The notes under the pieces were generated by a model. That model was given only the letters and a program-made list of their open reading frames with translations, had not been told where the DNA came from and did not search any database. From a virus (taxonomy: Duplodnaviria; Caudoviricetes): a stretch of 64,000 nucleotides of DNA. The DNA is taken from positions 256,001 to 320,000 of IMG/VR virus record IMGVR_UViG_3300037501_000111. One strand, written 5' to 3'. Shown piece by piece: positions 27,536-39,806 of the stretch. The position numbers and the translations under genes are program-made. Each line of letters starts with the position of its first letter. The stretch's first letter is position 1.

Positions 27536-29812
27536 TGGTAAGACAACAATTTCATCCAAAACGTATCTTACGGCTTGGAGAAAGTTGTATCGTCCTATCG
27601 AAAAGGCGACCGATTCCAAGTGCTTTGGGTTTGACCCTGGATTATCTTTCGTAACGGAAGATGGCAAGTACGTTTGGGGTCTAGGGAAATATGAAGCAAT
27701 TCGCCTTAGTGAAGCTCTTCAGCTAAGACGCGGCTAAATCTGTAGGGTTGTCATGAAGTTCGATCTTTCCAAGACGTTCGATGTTACCAAGATTACTCAC
27801 AAAAGCCGTATCCTGGTGGGTGCGGTTCAGGTCAACAAGCCCTTCATCTACCACGATGCCAGTTACGAATGTGCGGCGTGGTGGGAAGATCGTGAAGCTC
27901 AGACTGGAGTGTATCCGGTCTATCTTTCTCGAAGATATCACCACCCCAAGCATCTGACCATCACGGCTCACATCAAGGCTAAAGTGGTGGACGATTACTT
28001 TCCTGGCCTCTGGGGAGGTATACCCTACAAGCCCAAGCACATTGGGGAGGAGCGAATCATTCGCCAGGGTATCGAGGTGGTGGATGCCATCGAACGGACT
28101 GGCAACTCTCCGGGTAGTGACCTGGATTGGTTCATCCACCCTTCGTGGTGGAAGGTGTTCACGGATGAGGCTGAGGCCGAGCTTCGTGAGAACTACCGCA
28201 GACTGTCGGAATTCTGGAACGAGTGGAATAATCTCGACCCCCAGACCTTCAAGGCAAAGATGGATGGTCGCTGGGAATTTGATGATGAGTTTCGTTCCAA
28301 GATTGGAATGATTGCTCACTTCGGAGGTCACTTGGAAAAGTGGGCACGTCGAATCGAGAAGATTAACTGGTGCTCTCAGTATCACAAAGTGGGTGGAAAG
28401 TACGATACGGAGTATCAGCGCAACAACTTCGCTCAGAATACTGAGTGGACTAAGGCACTCGAAATCTAAGCATACACATGAAAGCATACATTTTCCTGAA
28501 GGATGGTCAGAAAGAGGAACAACTTCTCGCCAAAGTGGAGAATTTGGAAGTTGTTCCTTGTGGTATCTATGTTATTGATGGTGTAGAGTACCAGTACACC
28601 GGGCAACCCACCTTCATCATCGAGAAGACCCCTTATCTATATGGTGGTAAACATCAATTGACTAGGGTGGAATTCTCTGTGGAGAAGGTTGGAGAGGTCA
28701 AGCGACAAGGCGACATGTAAGGTGCGTGAATTCTTCATTGTATTCAGTGTATTGATGGCATTATTTACATGGTGGTGTGGCTGGACAGGCCAACCTCGTA
28801 AAACATGCGGCCTCAACATGCTGAATACTTTGCTCAGCTTGGAACTTATTAGAGTGTACGGAGAGAAAGAAAAAGACAATGGGTGATAAAGTCAAGGGCT
28901 GGCATAGTCGTAAACCTAAGAAGCACGGACAGTATTCCGAAAAGAAGAATCGTCCATTGCGCCCTGATCAAGACAAACGTAATCCCTCAAAGGATTCACG
29001 TGGAGATTACAGAAATGGCCGTTATGTTCAGTGGGATTCGGACGAGCGCGAGTACGATTTCGGAGACTAGCCATAATGAAAGACGCAATTTGGGTCTTCA
29101 AGTCTTTCGGTTTTAGGTCCGGAATACTCTTTGTCCTTGGTTCCATCGGTACGAAAATCAGGCGCCTTTTCGTCTGATGAAGAGGCTCGGCAAGTCGCCG
29201 CCCAGTTTGGCATTTTTCCTGGACAAACCAGGCATATACTGAACTATCAATTCAACGAAGAAAACGAAAACAGAACGTTACACTAGTCTCAACAAAGGAA
29301 ATAACATGCGATTCACAACGATCAGCGGTTCGATTTACGAGGTGGATCGAAAGAACAAGAAGATTCGACGCCTCAATGGCAATGCCGATCCTACCCCTCG
29401 TCAGGGCAAAGATGGTGAGTGGCGTGGTTATCTCAACGAGCTTCACATTGAAGTTGGTCAGCCTGTCGTTATTGCATGGGCCGATGCTCATCAACTAACA
29501 GAGGAAACCATGTCTCTTCTTGGAATCTCCGAGAAGGAAGCACCTCCTCCTATGCCTGGTAGAACTACTTTCACTTCCCGAGTGGTAGAGATCGACGACA
29601 AAGTTTACCACTAATCAGTATTGGGATATAATCCCATAAGGTTAGGAAAGTGTTTCGTGTATATGGTGCGCCAACAAGGAAAAATAATAGTCTCATTCAC
29701 TATGTTTGTGGATGCATGGCTCTATGTGTTCTTGGAACTAGAATCGTATGCACGGATTGTTGGGCCAGAGGGTATCTGGATAATCAATCCTGGTAAACAC
29801 TCGGTAAACTAA
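27510..29812 (+). CDS. Block of hypothetical genes (27510-27737, 27753-28469, 28478-28720, 28879-29070, 29306-29614, 29621-29812)
   Basis: Tightly packed co-directional ORFs. Confidence 0.6.
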
Positions 29813-29870
29813 AAGACTTAGCCGCTACATAATCTGCGGGTATTCGAAAATTCCGCTGACACTGTAACGG

Positions 29871-30545
29871 CTCCCATTCACGGCAACCGCTAGCCGATTG
29901 CCGTGAATCGCTTACGAAAACGGGGCACACGAGCCCCATTGAATGACGGAGCTAAATCTCCTCAGAGAGATGACGTAACGGCAGACGATGCCGGCTCCTA
30001 ACTACCTCGTCTCATGACGAGGCAATCTTTTCTTACAATGCGACGAGTAACGTAGATGTGATGAAATCCTTACCAATAATGGAGATCGTCTTCATACTCT
30101 AATACATCATTATATCTTTGTCCTTTGGGTTGGTTCACAACCCTTAGTTCAAGATTGATAAGTCTGTTATCAGACTTATCACCATTGATATGATGTATGT
30201 TTTCGGAGGGTAGAAGTTTTCTCCCTAAATGTTGCTCCATTACATAACGGTGTTCATAATACTGTTGTCCGTTTACATAAATACGTCTATATCCACTAGA
30301 CATTTTGTAGCCGGATCCTTTGGGGCCAATAGTTTTGGTTTCAATATTTATGACAGTTGTACCATCATCTAGCATTCTGTCATAATGTGATTGGCAATAA
30401 CCTTTAGCGTGGTGAGGTCTTTCACAATTTTCTACTTTACAAAGGCGCATTATCTTCTCCTGTTAGTAATATAACAGGGCCAATCGTTAGCTAGCGGGCA
30501 GAAGTTTCTTCTTCCGGGATAGTGTACGATATGTCTCGTCAAAAA
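29871..30545. ncRNA. Candidate structured RNA whose two halves flank an HNH ORF
   Basis: Five or more hairpins in 29876-30060; CCGCTAGC-CGATTG (29887-29900) is complementary to CAATCG-TTA-GCTAGCGG (30481-30497). Confidence 0.45.
30070..30450 (-). mobile_element. HNH homing endonuclease (HNH_3-type)
   Basis: CKVENC, HAKGYCQSHY, YEHRYVMEQHLGR, IHHINGDKSDNRLINL. Confidence 0.9.
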
Positions 30546-30558
30546 AGGAATACACAAC

Positions 30559-30978
30559 ATGAGCACTTCTCTCGATATCACGGTCACGCTCGTCCAGACG
30601 GACGGCCGAATCGACCTTGACCAGTCCACGGCGGCCTTCCGTTCGGCGGCTCTCAAGCGCCAGGCGGAGCTGGAGACCGAGAAGACCGAGATCGCTGCGG
30701 CGGTTTCGGCCATCTTCGACCAGCACTACGGCAAGTCCATCCCGATGCCGACCCTCGGCTCGATGGTGGCGCAGGCCCTCAACGCTCAGCCGGAGAACTT
30801 CGCTGTTCTCAGCGAGCGTGCCCTCAACTACGTTCGTGAGAACAGCCAGGGCGAGGTTAAGGATGGTGTCGAGGAGCGTCCCAATTCGCTCTTCGTCATC
30901 AGCAAGGGTAAGGGCGGCGGCTGCGGTCGTCGTGCGGACCTTCCGGTCAAGCCGGCCAAGGGCAGCAAGACGGTCTGA
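30559..30978 (+). CDS. Winged-helix-like family protein (KGxGGG family), copy 2
   Basis: DGRIDLDQS, KSIPMP, FAVLSER, LFVISKGKGGG. Confidence 0.8.
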   Translation: MSTSLDITVTLVQTDGRIDLDQSTAAFRSAALKRQAELETEKTEIAAAVSAIFDQHYGKSIPMPTLGSMVAQALNAQPENFAVLSERALNYVRENSQGEVKDGVEERPNSLFVISKGKGGGCGRRADLPVKPAKGSKTV

Positions 30979-30997
30979 GCGTCTCGGAACATGAGCG

Positions 30998-31025
30998 AGG
31001 GGCTAGCAATCCTAGCCCCTTTCTC
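30998..31025 (+). terminator. Intrinsic terminator-like hairpin
   Basis: AGGGGCTAG-CAATC-CTAGCCCCT followed by TTCT. Confidence 0.65.
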
Positions 31026-31112
31026 GTAAGCTGTTAGTGCGATAGCTATTCAATCTAACCGCTTCAAAGGTCGTCAAATTCTGAACGAAACAATCAAGAC
31101 CAAAGAGACAAC

Positions 31113-31727
31113 ATGAGCCAGCACAACAAGAAGCAGTTTCACAAGCAGGAGCGCAAGGTGACTCAGGAGTTCAAGAGAGAGCAGATCGAGCAGATCGAGC
31201 TGGGCGAGGAGGACAAGTGGCACCCGACTCCCGAGAAATTCGCTGCTTATCAGCTTCGTGATGTTGCTCAGTGTGAGAGTAACCTTCGGCTCATTCTGGC
31301 CGGCCGTTCTGGCCTGACACTCAAGGAGCTGAAGGATTCAACGCTCCACACGGCCCAGACGGTCGAGTCTCAGGTGAGTACTTGGCTGAAGTCTGGCTAC
31401 CTGGTGGAGAGCAAGGGGCGTCTCAGCTTCAACCCATCTTACCAGGGTCGCTGAATGTTTCCTTCTCCGAAGGAACTGGATGTCCAGTCCAAAATTCAAT
31501 TGGATGGCTGGGTTGATCTGGATTCGGAGAGATGGCGTGAGACTGATAATGATCCATCCTTGACCAAGAAGTGGTTGAGAATGCTGATGCAGGAGCCCGC
31601 CTATCTCTTTACGGATGCAGATGGCCGAGTATGGGGCAAGGGGGAAGACGGACATTACTATCCTTACCATTATGAATATGGTAAGAAGAAGTACGGAATT
31701 CGTCTTCCAAAGAAAGCGGCGAACTAA
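31113..31727 (+). CDS. Two hypothetical genes (31113-31454, 31455-31727)
   Basis: Adjacent ORFs. Confidence 0.65.
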
Positions 31728-31779
31728 CCGGCTTTCATTCACGGGACAACGAGAAACGCAACCGACTTCGAGAATCTAG

Positions 31780-32010
31780 TACTGACAGAGCTAAGCCGCG
31801 CTTGGCATTCTAATGTCGTCAAGTTCTCTTGGAAAGGCAGCGGTATCATTGCTCCTAACTTCCGTATTACGGATGCTGAGGGGTATTACGGACAGTGGAC
31901 AACTGCTACCCGTGAGATGAGCTTCTCTCGTTGTCTCGTGAAGGACCATCCTTGGAATGAAGTGCTGTAAGTTCTCAAGCATGAGATGGCTCACCAGTAC
32001 GAGTCAAAAC
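31780..32010 (+). pseudogene. SprT-like zincin remnant
   Basis: GQWTTATREMSFS, HPWNEVL-TAA-VLKHEMAHQY; also a frameshift near 31878. Confidence 0.6.
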
Positions 32011-32080
32011 GACAGCTAGGTTTCGTAAAGAAAAAGAAATTGCCAAGCTCATCGAGTCTTTGGATTTCCCGGAATAATAC

Positions 32081-32596
32081 ATGATCATCTACGGATTCTG
32101 GTTCTACGAAGAGTTGGCCGAAAAGGTTGGTGTGGGGCCGGGTAAGCATCGTGGTGATAAGGTTGATTCCTATATCGAACTTCAAGATGTTCGCGGTAAT
32201 ATCTTTGATGTCAAGGTATCGAGCCTACGCTTGGAGTTGTTCCGACAGAATCCAAAGTGTGTCAGTTGTCATCGTATCGGACATCTTTGGATTCTGGAAG
32301 CCCATCATCGAAAAGAGCCTCCCCACTTGAATCTTTACTACTCTGGTGAGGACGAGTGCGGGGATTGGAAGAATCTGTGCAAAGATGGTTTGGTCCTAAT
32401 GACTAAGGACCATATTATTCCTCGCTCCAAGGGAGGCCCCACTAACTTGGAAAATCTTCAAACTATGTGCTCCATCTGTAATGGAATGAAGGGAGATAAG
32501 CTTCATCATCAGATGGTCAAACATAAGAAAACATCAGACCCACTTATTGGGACTGGCTTGATGCAAAATCTTCAAGGGAAGATTCAATTCCTGTAA
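32081..32596 (+). CDS. HNH endonuclease
   Basis: CVSC, MTKDHIIPRSKGGPTNLENLQTMCSICNGMKG. Confidence 0.9.
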   Translation: MIIYGFWFYEELAEKVGVGPGKHRGDKVDSYIELQDVRGNIFDVKVSSLRLELFRQNPKCVSCHRIGHLWILEAHHRKEPPHLNLYYSGEDECGDWKNLCKDGLVLMTKDHIIPRSKGGPTNLENLQTMCSICNGMKGDKLHHQMVKHKKTSDPLIGTGLMQNLQGKIQFL

Positions 32597-32605
32597 GGTG
32601 ATGTT

Positions 32606-33073
32606 ATGGAAGTTTGGACTATCGAATGGTCATGCCCCAGTGATGGTGATGGTGACGTTACCATCTGGGCTACTGAGGAAGACGCTTTGAAGGCGGCTTG
32701 CCGAGAAATTGGCAACCATATTCAGAGCACGTTTGACTTCGACCTGGTAAGCGATGCTTCTTGTGCAGAAGACTTCAACGATCTGGTTCGAAATGGCCAG
32801 CTCCGAGATGCCATTCGACGGTACAATGATCATCAAGATGATTATAATCAAGACTATGCGAACTACTGGTTCGTGCAGAAGAAGCCTGTTTTGACTGGTG
32901 ACGGCAAGACTTCGGTTTCTTCGTCTGCTAACCTGAGTTTCTCCAGTAATGGAGCTACTTGCAGGGGGCCTTGCAAGCAGCACAACGAATATGCCAATGC
33001 CGATAAGGCAGATGGTACTTACGTGTGCCGTCAGTGCAAGACGTTCCAGCACATCTTCAGCGGTTCGCCATGA
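32606..33073 (+). CDS. Hypothetical protein with a C-terminal Zn module (DGT-x-x-C family)
   Basis: GATCRGPCKQHNEYANADKADGTYVCRQCK. Confidence 0.7.
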   Translation: MEVWTIEWSCPSDGDGDVTIWATEEDALKAACREIGNHIQSTFDFDLVSDASCAEDFNDLVRNGQLRDAIRRYNDHQDDYNQDYANYWFVQKKPVLTGDGKTSVSSSANLSFSSNGATCRGPCKQHNEYANADKADGTYVCRQCKTFQHIFSGSP

Positions 33074-35025
33074 AGACAGATGAAGAGTTGACTCAACTCA
33101 CCATCAAGATCATTGAGGCTGGTGGGCGCATTCTGCTTCGCAAAAAATCAGAAGGCGCAGATTGGATTCCTAAGTATTGGTATCTACATGCTTGGACCAA
33201 CATCCCTGCTGGACCCGATCATGCTGTATGGGGACAGAAACAAAACGCAATCGAATTCTTCAATCTCAAGTGGGCAATTACGATTGCTCCTCTGTATGGT
33301 TGCAGCGTAGTTGTTGCATATCCTGAGAAAGAAACAGAAGTATGAGTGAAGAATACAACACAGTCACATGCAACAATTGTGGAATTGAATTCAAATTCCA
33401 TAAGAAGATTGAAGACTTGTGGCGAGATACTGAGAAAACTTTCTACTGTCCTAATGGACACGGGTTGGTTTGGAAGAAGCCCAAAGAGTCTAGTGAGCAG
33501 AAAGAACTGAAAAAACTCAGGGCAGAAATTGATGAGCTGAAAAAATAAACTGGCTGCGGCTGAGAAAGAAGCCGCTGACCAAAAGAAAAAGGCTGAGGAT
33601 CTAGCTCTTGAGCTAAAAATCTGGCGACCAACAACTGACGAAAAGAAAGCTGGATAATATGGCTACCAAATTTGTGCTGGAAATCGAGATGGGCAATGAT
33701 GCCATGAAGCTTCCTGCTCATGTAGCAGAGGCGGTGGTGGCTGCTGCTAAGCAGATTCCCCATGTTATTGCTCTGAAGGGATCTTCAATCAAGATCAAGG
33801 ATGCCAATGGTAATACTGTTGGCACCTGGGGATACAAGTAATTCCGCTGATGCTGTAATTTCTCCCATTCACGGCATCCGAGCCGCCCTACCATGAAAAA
33901 AAACTCTCTGGCCCATTGAATGTAAAGTTTATCAATAAGACTTTCTTTCCAGAGTACAAAGATGTTTCAGTAATCAATCAGGGTGAATGCTTCCTATGGG
34001 CTTATCTGGCCTATCGCCTCTATAAGAATGTAGAACTTTGAGACATGGGTGCACATGCGTTCGTGCGTGACAAGGTAACTGGTAAATTCTACGATTCCGA
34101 GAGGCCCAATGGCGAGGAAGACTGGAAGGATTTGCCGGCTACTAACTGGGGTAAAGGTTGCGGCTGTTCCTGCTGTCTGGAACCTGCACGTAAGTTCAGT
34201 GTTGCTCGGAAGTTTCGATATGCCTGGAGGGGGATGGCTAAGCGCCACCATGTACGGTGGAAGAAACTCCACCTACAAATCAAACAGGTAATTGAGAAAA
34301 ATACATGAGAGCACCTTGGGAAACAATCTCTACTGGATTGGACCAACTATGGTTCACTCCATTTTCCGATTGCGAAACTCCACAAGATAGAGCAGATGCA
34401 ATCGAAAACTTCCTCAAGTTCAATGGTTGGAATTGGGATGAAGTTCTGAATGAAATAGCAAAGGAAACTATCAATGGACCAGAACCAGTTCGTCACTGAG
34501 CTTTCCAAGCTCCGTCCTTCTTCGACTTTTTTGACGGTGAAGGGATACCGTAACGAAGCCAGCGAGATCGCTGACTACAGCATCGTCTTCCACATGAGTT
34601 ACGAAAATGCTCTCAAGAAGAGCATCGAGACTCTTGCAGCACTCGACCTTCAAACTGACCTGGAGAAGCAGGCACGAGCAGAACTGATCGATAGCTTCAA
34701 TAAGTCTCTGGCTAAGGGAGCCAGTGACGCAGCTCTGGAAGAGCGTGACCCGGTCTACTCCTACTTTAAGGACGAGAGTGGAAACTATGTCAAGGGCGTC
34801 AAGTACCATGAGGCAACTGGCACTCTTCACCTGTACGGTTTGGTCGTTCACAAGCGTACGCTTCTACCTGGTATCTATGCCAGCAAAAACAAGAAGCCGC
34901 TGACTATTGCCAAGGACAAGCTGCGGCATCTGACTCCGGTTGGTAAGTTTCGCCAGTTCAAGATCACTCCCGAACAGGTTGACAGCATCACCGTCCAAAA
35001 CGTTTCTTTGCTTCCCCCGGAGTGA
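33070..35025 (+). CDS. Block of hypothetical genes (33070-33345, 33342-33657 with A-run frameshift, 33659-33841, 34045-34308, 34305-34499, 34474-35025)
   Basis: Overlapping start/stop junctions; co-directional. Confidence 0.6.
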
Positions 35026-35028
35026 TTC

Positions 35029-35376
35029 ATGCTGAATCTTTTGCGAATTGCGGCAGAGGTTGCCGATCCTACTGTTGATAATTGTAGGAAAGCTTTTGTT
35101 GGTGCAGTTTCCATTCGCAGAGATGGTACGTTGGTTTATAGCCGGAATGGTGGAAATCCTTATGCTCATGGTAGGACGCCATCCTCTCACGCAGAGGCTC
35201 GCGTTCTGAGAAAGAGTGGTTATGGTGCCACGCTATATGTTGCTCGGGTTCTCCGCAATAGAGAAATAGCATTGGCAAAACCCTGTGGTTATTGTCAGGC
35301 CAGACTGCGGGCTCATAGGGTGGAAATGGTTTACTACACCACCGGACCTGAGACCTGGGAAGGTTTTAGGCCATAA
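35029..35376 (+). CDS. Cytidine/dCMP-deaminase-fold protein
   Basis: HAE (SSHAEARV) and PCxxC (KPCGYC) zinc motifs. Confidence 0.85.
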   Translation: MLNLLRIAAEVADPTVDNCRKAFVGAVSIRRDGTLVYSRNGGNPYAHGRTPSSHAEARVLRKSGYGATLYVARVLRNREIALAKPCGYCQARLRAHRVEMVYYTTGPETWEGFRP

Positions 35377-35578
35377 AAAAGTATGGGTTCTCCAAGACTA
35401 CTTCAATCGTAAAGCTAGAGCAGAAACAGACTTGTATGAATTGGCTGCCAAAGCTATGAATACCTTTGTAGAAGGTAACATAGAAAGGTATAGAGGACGA
35501 TGAGTAAGCAAGTGAGATTGTACCATCAGAACACTGACCTAAAGTACCACATAAACGAGCTAGAAGGAAAATTGGCTG

Positions 35579-36164
35579 ATGCCCGACGATAAAAAGACGA
35601 ATGCCAAGGCAAACGATAAACTACGAGTGCCATACGAAATTATGGCGGTCGAGGTTGACAAGTTATACCCGCCGTATTACGTTCTCAAACCGGGTGAAAC
35701 CATCGAGCAACACTTGATGGATATTGAAACATTCATCGAATCATGTGGGTGGACGACAGAAGAATATCTGTCAGAATATATTCACAGGTTCGTTGAAGAG
35801 CTTTTTCCAAATCCAAAGAACATGAACTAACATGAGGTACACCATCGAACAAATCATGGACTTCGTACTCAAAGGTGCTGAGACTTCTCGTGAGGATGCT
35901 AGCTATGGTGAACGCTGGGATGATGGTGGGGCTTCTCGCTTGGAGGATCAGGTTAGATTCTATAAGATGGGTATGAAGAACGAAATTCCTAAGGATTGGG
36001 AAAAGTTCATACCCGCTCCAACTCCAGAACAGGTTCGTAGTGAAAATCACCCATTGCAATTTGAATATTGTGAATGTGGTTGTCATTGCCATTCTGGCAT
36101 CTCTAAAGGGATTGAATATTCCATCTACGACGATTTGAAATCGAAGCTCCCATTCACGGTTTGA
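35579..36164 (+). CDS. Two hypothetical genes (35579-35830, 35832-36164)
   Basis: Adjacent ORFs; the second ends over the motif at 36147. Confidence 0.6.
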
Positions 36165-36290
36165 ACGGCGTCCAAGTCGGACCCAAGTATGCAACCTTTT
36201 TGGAAGCACAAGTTGCTGCCCAAAATGACTGGGATAAAATCCCCTAACCCTGAATCGCAATCGAGCGAGTGCAAAGGAACAGGAAACAAC

Positions 36291-36758
36291 ATGGCTGACG
36301 AGAAGAAGAGCAAGAAGCAGAAGAATAACCCCGCACCCGAGCAGGAGCAGACGCCCGCTCCGGTTGCCAAGGCAGAGTCTCAGGAGTCTGCACGAGGTGA
36401 TCGTGGTGAGGTGGGTATGGCAACGGCTGGGCTGAAGATTCGTCAGCTCTGGCATTCGGCGCACTTCACTCGCAAGGACATCGGGGACAAGCACAATCCC
36501 CGCAAGAGCATCTACGTGCCCAACCCTGGTGGGGCTCCGTCCCTCAAGCGGTTCGCTCGTGAGTTGCTGAAGGCCGGTGATGCCGTTGCCAAGGAGTGGT
36601 TTGCCAACAAGCGTGGCGCCAAGAACCAGAAGCGTACGGAGAAGAACCAGGCACGTGTCAACCTGGAGAAGCAGTCCAGCAAGGCGGCTCGTCGTAAGTC
36701 CAGCCAGGGCAAGCAGGGTAAGGCTGCGTCTTCCGCTGCTGACACTGCAAAGAAGTAA
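36291..36758 (+). CDS. Lys/Arg-rich basic protein
   Basis: AGGA RBS, GC-rich codons; tail KQSSKAARRKSSQGKQGKAASSAADTAKK. Confidence 0.75.
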   Translation: MADEKKSKKQKNNPAPEQEQTPAPVAKAESQESARGDRGEVGMATAGLKIRQLWHSAHFTRKDIGDKHNPRKSIYVPNPGGAPSLKRFARELLKAGDAVAKEWFANKRGAKNQKRTEKNQARVNLEKQSSKAARRKSSQGKQGKAASSAADTAKK

Positions 36759-37115
36759 GCTGCAATGAAAATCATTGCTGGACTCATCCGGGAGTTTCCT
36801 TTTTGGAAGCTTCCTAATCATCACCGGGATTGTCGGTGGCATTGTTTCTGTTGCCAAGGCATATGTCAATCGCAATCGTCCCATCGTGGATTGTAATTGT
36901 GATTGTTGTGCCGATGAAGAGGATGATGAGGATGATGAAGACTAAGAGCGAAAGCTCGAAACAGATCTCATATGCCTGGCGGTATGAGGCCGGACATGAA
37001 CAGCCGGGTGCTACTTGGATCTTTTTCTCCACAATGTTATTTTGGTAATAATCGTGCTGATAAGTGTTTAACCAAATATAACACATTGTAAACGTGTTAT
37101 ACATGAAAGGCAACA

Positions 37116-39234
37116 ATGTCTAATCTCAACTATGGTCCGATTTTTATGCCGGGAGACGCCGTGTATTATGCTGGTGAAAAGCACAAGCAGGAACTTTCCA
37201 ACAAGGAAGGTAAGCCCTACAAGGGCTGGATCCATGCCGCCGTTAATGGTCAGCCTGGTACCTTTGTGGTCTGGTTTCCTGACACGAAGGAGCAGGACTC
37301 GTACGTCCTCCATGCTAGTCTTTTGACGAAGGCGCGGCCTCCCAAGACGGAGAGCAAGGAGTGTTCTGGCCCGGTGGTGGAGCACATGCCAATCCGCCGC
37401 AAGGCTTCCGAGGATTGAGATGATACGGTGGATGACTGCCTGGGTATGGTGGGCTACTTGGAGGCTGGCTGTTTCACTGGCTTGTCTTTTGACCATCCAA
37501 AACGTCATTCACCAAGAAGGTTACCGTGTAGAGTTTTCTACTCTTCTGGTAACTGGAGCATGCGCAATCCTGGGAATCAGAATTTGGATGCCTTCTTCTA
37601 AAGAGAAAAGTCCACAAAATGAAAATCGATGAACTCTTCAAGAGTGCATCCAAAGGATGTCAAGTCCCTGGATGCACTCACCAACATGGCGAAGTCGTTC
37701 TATCTTCCGCTTGTCATCCGGTCTTGGTCATCAACCACACGATAAGTAACTGAAACGCAGCACTGCTGCATAGCAAAGAGAAAAAGAATGTATAAGTGTG
37801 AAATCACGGGTAAGTTTAGTCGTCAGGGTCGTCCGGGTCCTCTGGATAAGGAGGGGTATCCTACCCAGATTCCTGGTGAGAAGCTCAACAAGATCGTGGT
37901 GGCGACTCGTGAGCGAATCTATACCAAGCGAGTCAAGAACGAGGAGACTGGCCTGTGGGAAGATGTCGAGATCGGTCGTGGCTGGGAAATTGTTCGTGAG
38001 GTCAATGCCAGTGATGAAGGCGTTGCTCTTTGGAACTCCTGGACTCCCGAGGAGCGCCAGGCGTTTGTCGAGAACTTGGACCGCTGAGCATGGCACTCAC
38101 TAAGCTGTACCAAGTAGTCGAGACTACCAAGGACAAGGTCTTCAAAACCAGGCGCACTCGTATGGCTCTCATGACTTTTCTTTTGGAAAAGAAGGAAGCT
38201 CCCATTCACGGGATGCCGGCACTTCCGCTAGCGGAGCCGGTCTCCGAGCCTATTATGGTAAGGTTCCGGCAGTTCCCGTAGACAGTACCTTTTGGGATAT
38301 ACAAGTGTTCCCTCTCAAGACTATGGACCCTCGCGAACAGCAGCTTCTAAGCGAAATCAAGGAAGCAAACACCGAGCTTCAAAACGCTAGGATGGCCTTT
38401 GCCGAAGCTAAACGTAGACTCATTGATGCAGAATCTAATGTCATCAATGCCAAACTTCATGTAGAAAAACTAACAGAAGAACTACGGGTCATTCGTGTTC
38501 GAGAAGTCATTCCTGACGAACGATATGACCTTTACGATGATGAGAGTTAGGATATGAAGAAATCGGATCATATTACAGCCCTCTTCATAGGTAGTATCTT
38601 TTATTACTACAAAGAAGATAAGCAACTGTCTCAGTTACTTATCAATACCGCATTGTACATTCTGGTAAATTGTCCAGCTAACTTCATAGGAGACGCATAA
38701 TATGCGTTTCTACTCTAAATGGATTGAATTTCATTCTGTTTCTTCATTAGTAAATAATGAATCAATTGATTGGACAAATTTTATCCATCGTTGCAAAATC
38801 ATAATAGAATAAGGTAATACTGTCATATCCTATTATGTTCGATGACCTAAAACATAAGTTCTTGTTTAAGTGTGATGACTGTGCAATGATCTTCTCTGTT
38901 GAGTTAGAAGAAGACGAATTAGAAAGAGTTAACGAGAACAAGTTTTTTCTCGAATGTGCTTGCGGTGGTAAGAGCCATGTATTAAGAGATTGAAATGATT
39001 AAGAAAGCATCTGAAGTTTTATTCTTCTTAGCAAAGCGTGAGAGGAATAAGAGGAATCAATACCATTTTATCAAGAGGTGGTACGGTTATAACCAAGGCT
39101 CCGCTCAAAGAAGGTACGTGTGTTACATATGTAATACTGTTATTGATACCGAAAGTTCAAAGTATCCAATGACTAAGCATGCAGAATGTTCGATAGAAGA
39201 ACATGGTATAGCTCACAAAATAGTGGATTATTAG
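37116..39234 (+). CDS. Block of small hypothetical genes (37116-37418, 37420-37632, 37788-38087, 38305-38550, 38995-39234)
   Basis: ORF track; consistent strand. Confidence 0.6.
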
Positions 39235-39382
39235 CTTTTATTTAAGATGCTACCAAGATTGCATCCGAAAAGGATGTGGATATTATTGGTAGCATGTATG
39301 AAGATTCGCGAAAGCTAGAATACGCAATGGAAAACGCTGTGTGGCGCACGTCATCCTGGCATTGTTAAAAGGAAGTAAGAAA

Positions 39383-39682
39383 ATGGAAACCAAAGCGAAG
39401 ACTGTAACTGAAGTCCTTAAGGCAGCTAAGTGGATACTGGAGAATGTTGGTTGGTGTCAGTATCGGTATTCAAAAGCCAATAAAAATGGAAAGCTTACCG
39501 CCTTCTGTGTAGCTGGAGCTATTGAAAGTGTCAACGCAGACTGGGACTTGATTATCAAAGCTGAAACTACCTTGGGCAAGGTAGTTGGTGAAGACTACAT
39601 TCCTAACTGGAATGATGTAAAGGGAAGAACTTTACCCCAAGTACTCAAGGCTTTCGATAAGGCAATCAAAGTGAAGCGATGA
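39383..39682 (+). CDS. Conserved phage hypothetical protein (DUF6197-like)
   Basis: GWCQ, FCVAGAI, WND-x-x-GRT-x-x-QVL-x-x-FDKAI. Confidence 0.55.
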   Translation: METKAKTVTEVLKAAKWILENVGWCQYRYSKANKNGKLTAFCVAGAIESVNADWDLIIKAETTLGKVVGEDYIPNWNDVKGRTLPQVLKAFDKAIKVKR

Positions 39683-39806
39683 ATCTGGAAGAAGAATTCC
39701 AAAAGGTACAAGCTAAGCAAGCGGCTGGTGAACTATCTGAGGAAGAGGCTGAAGATCTGATTAACATAATTGCTACCCGTAGGCAGTATAATAAGAGGAA
39801 CAGACC

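Noticed and set aside
35733-36884. Long minus-strand ORFs in GC-rich zones (for example 35733-36884, 26600-27667, 14301-15218, 19351-20097, 27723-28487, 57911-58489)
   Set aside because: They shadow well-supported + strand genes; biased codon usage removes antisense stops; no RBS or domain motifs.
37788-38087. Ribosomal protein bL28 (starts MYKCEITGK)
   Set aside because: Similarity stops after the first motif; the GNxxSH and RR-x-x-PN elements are absent.
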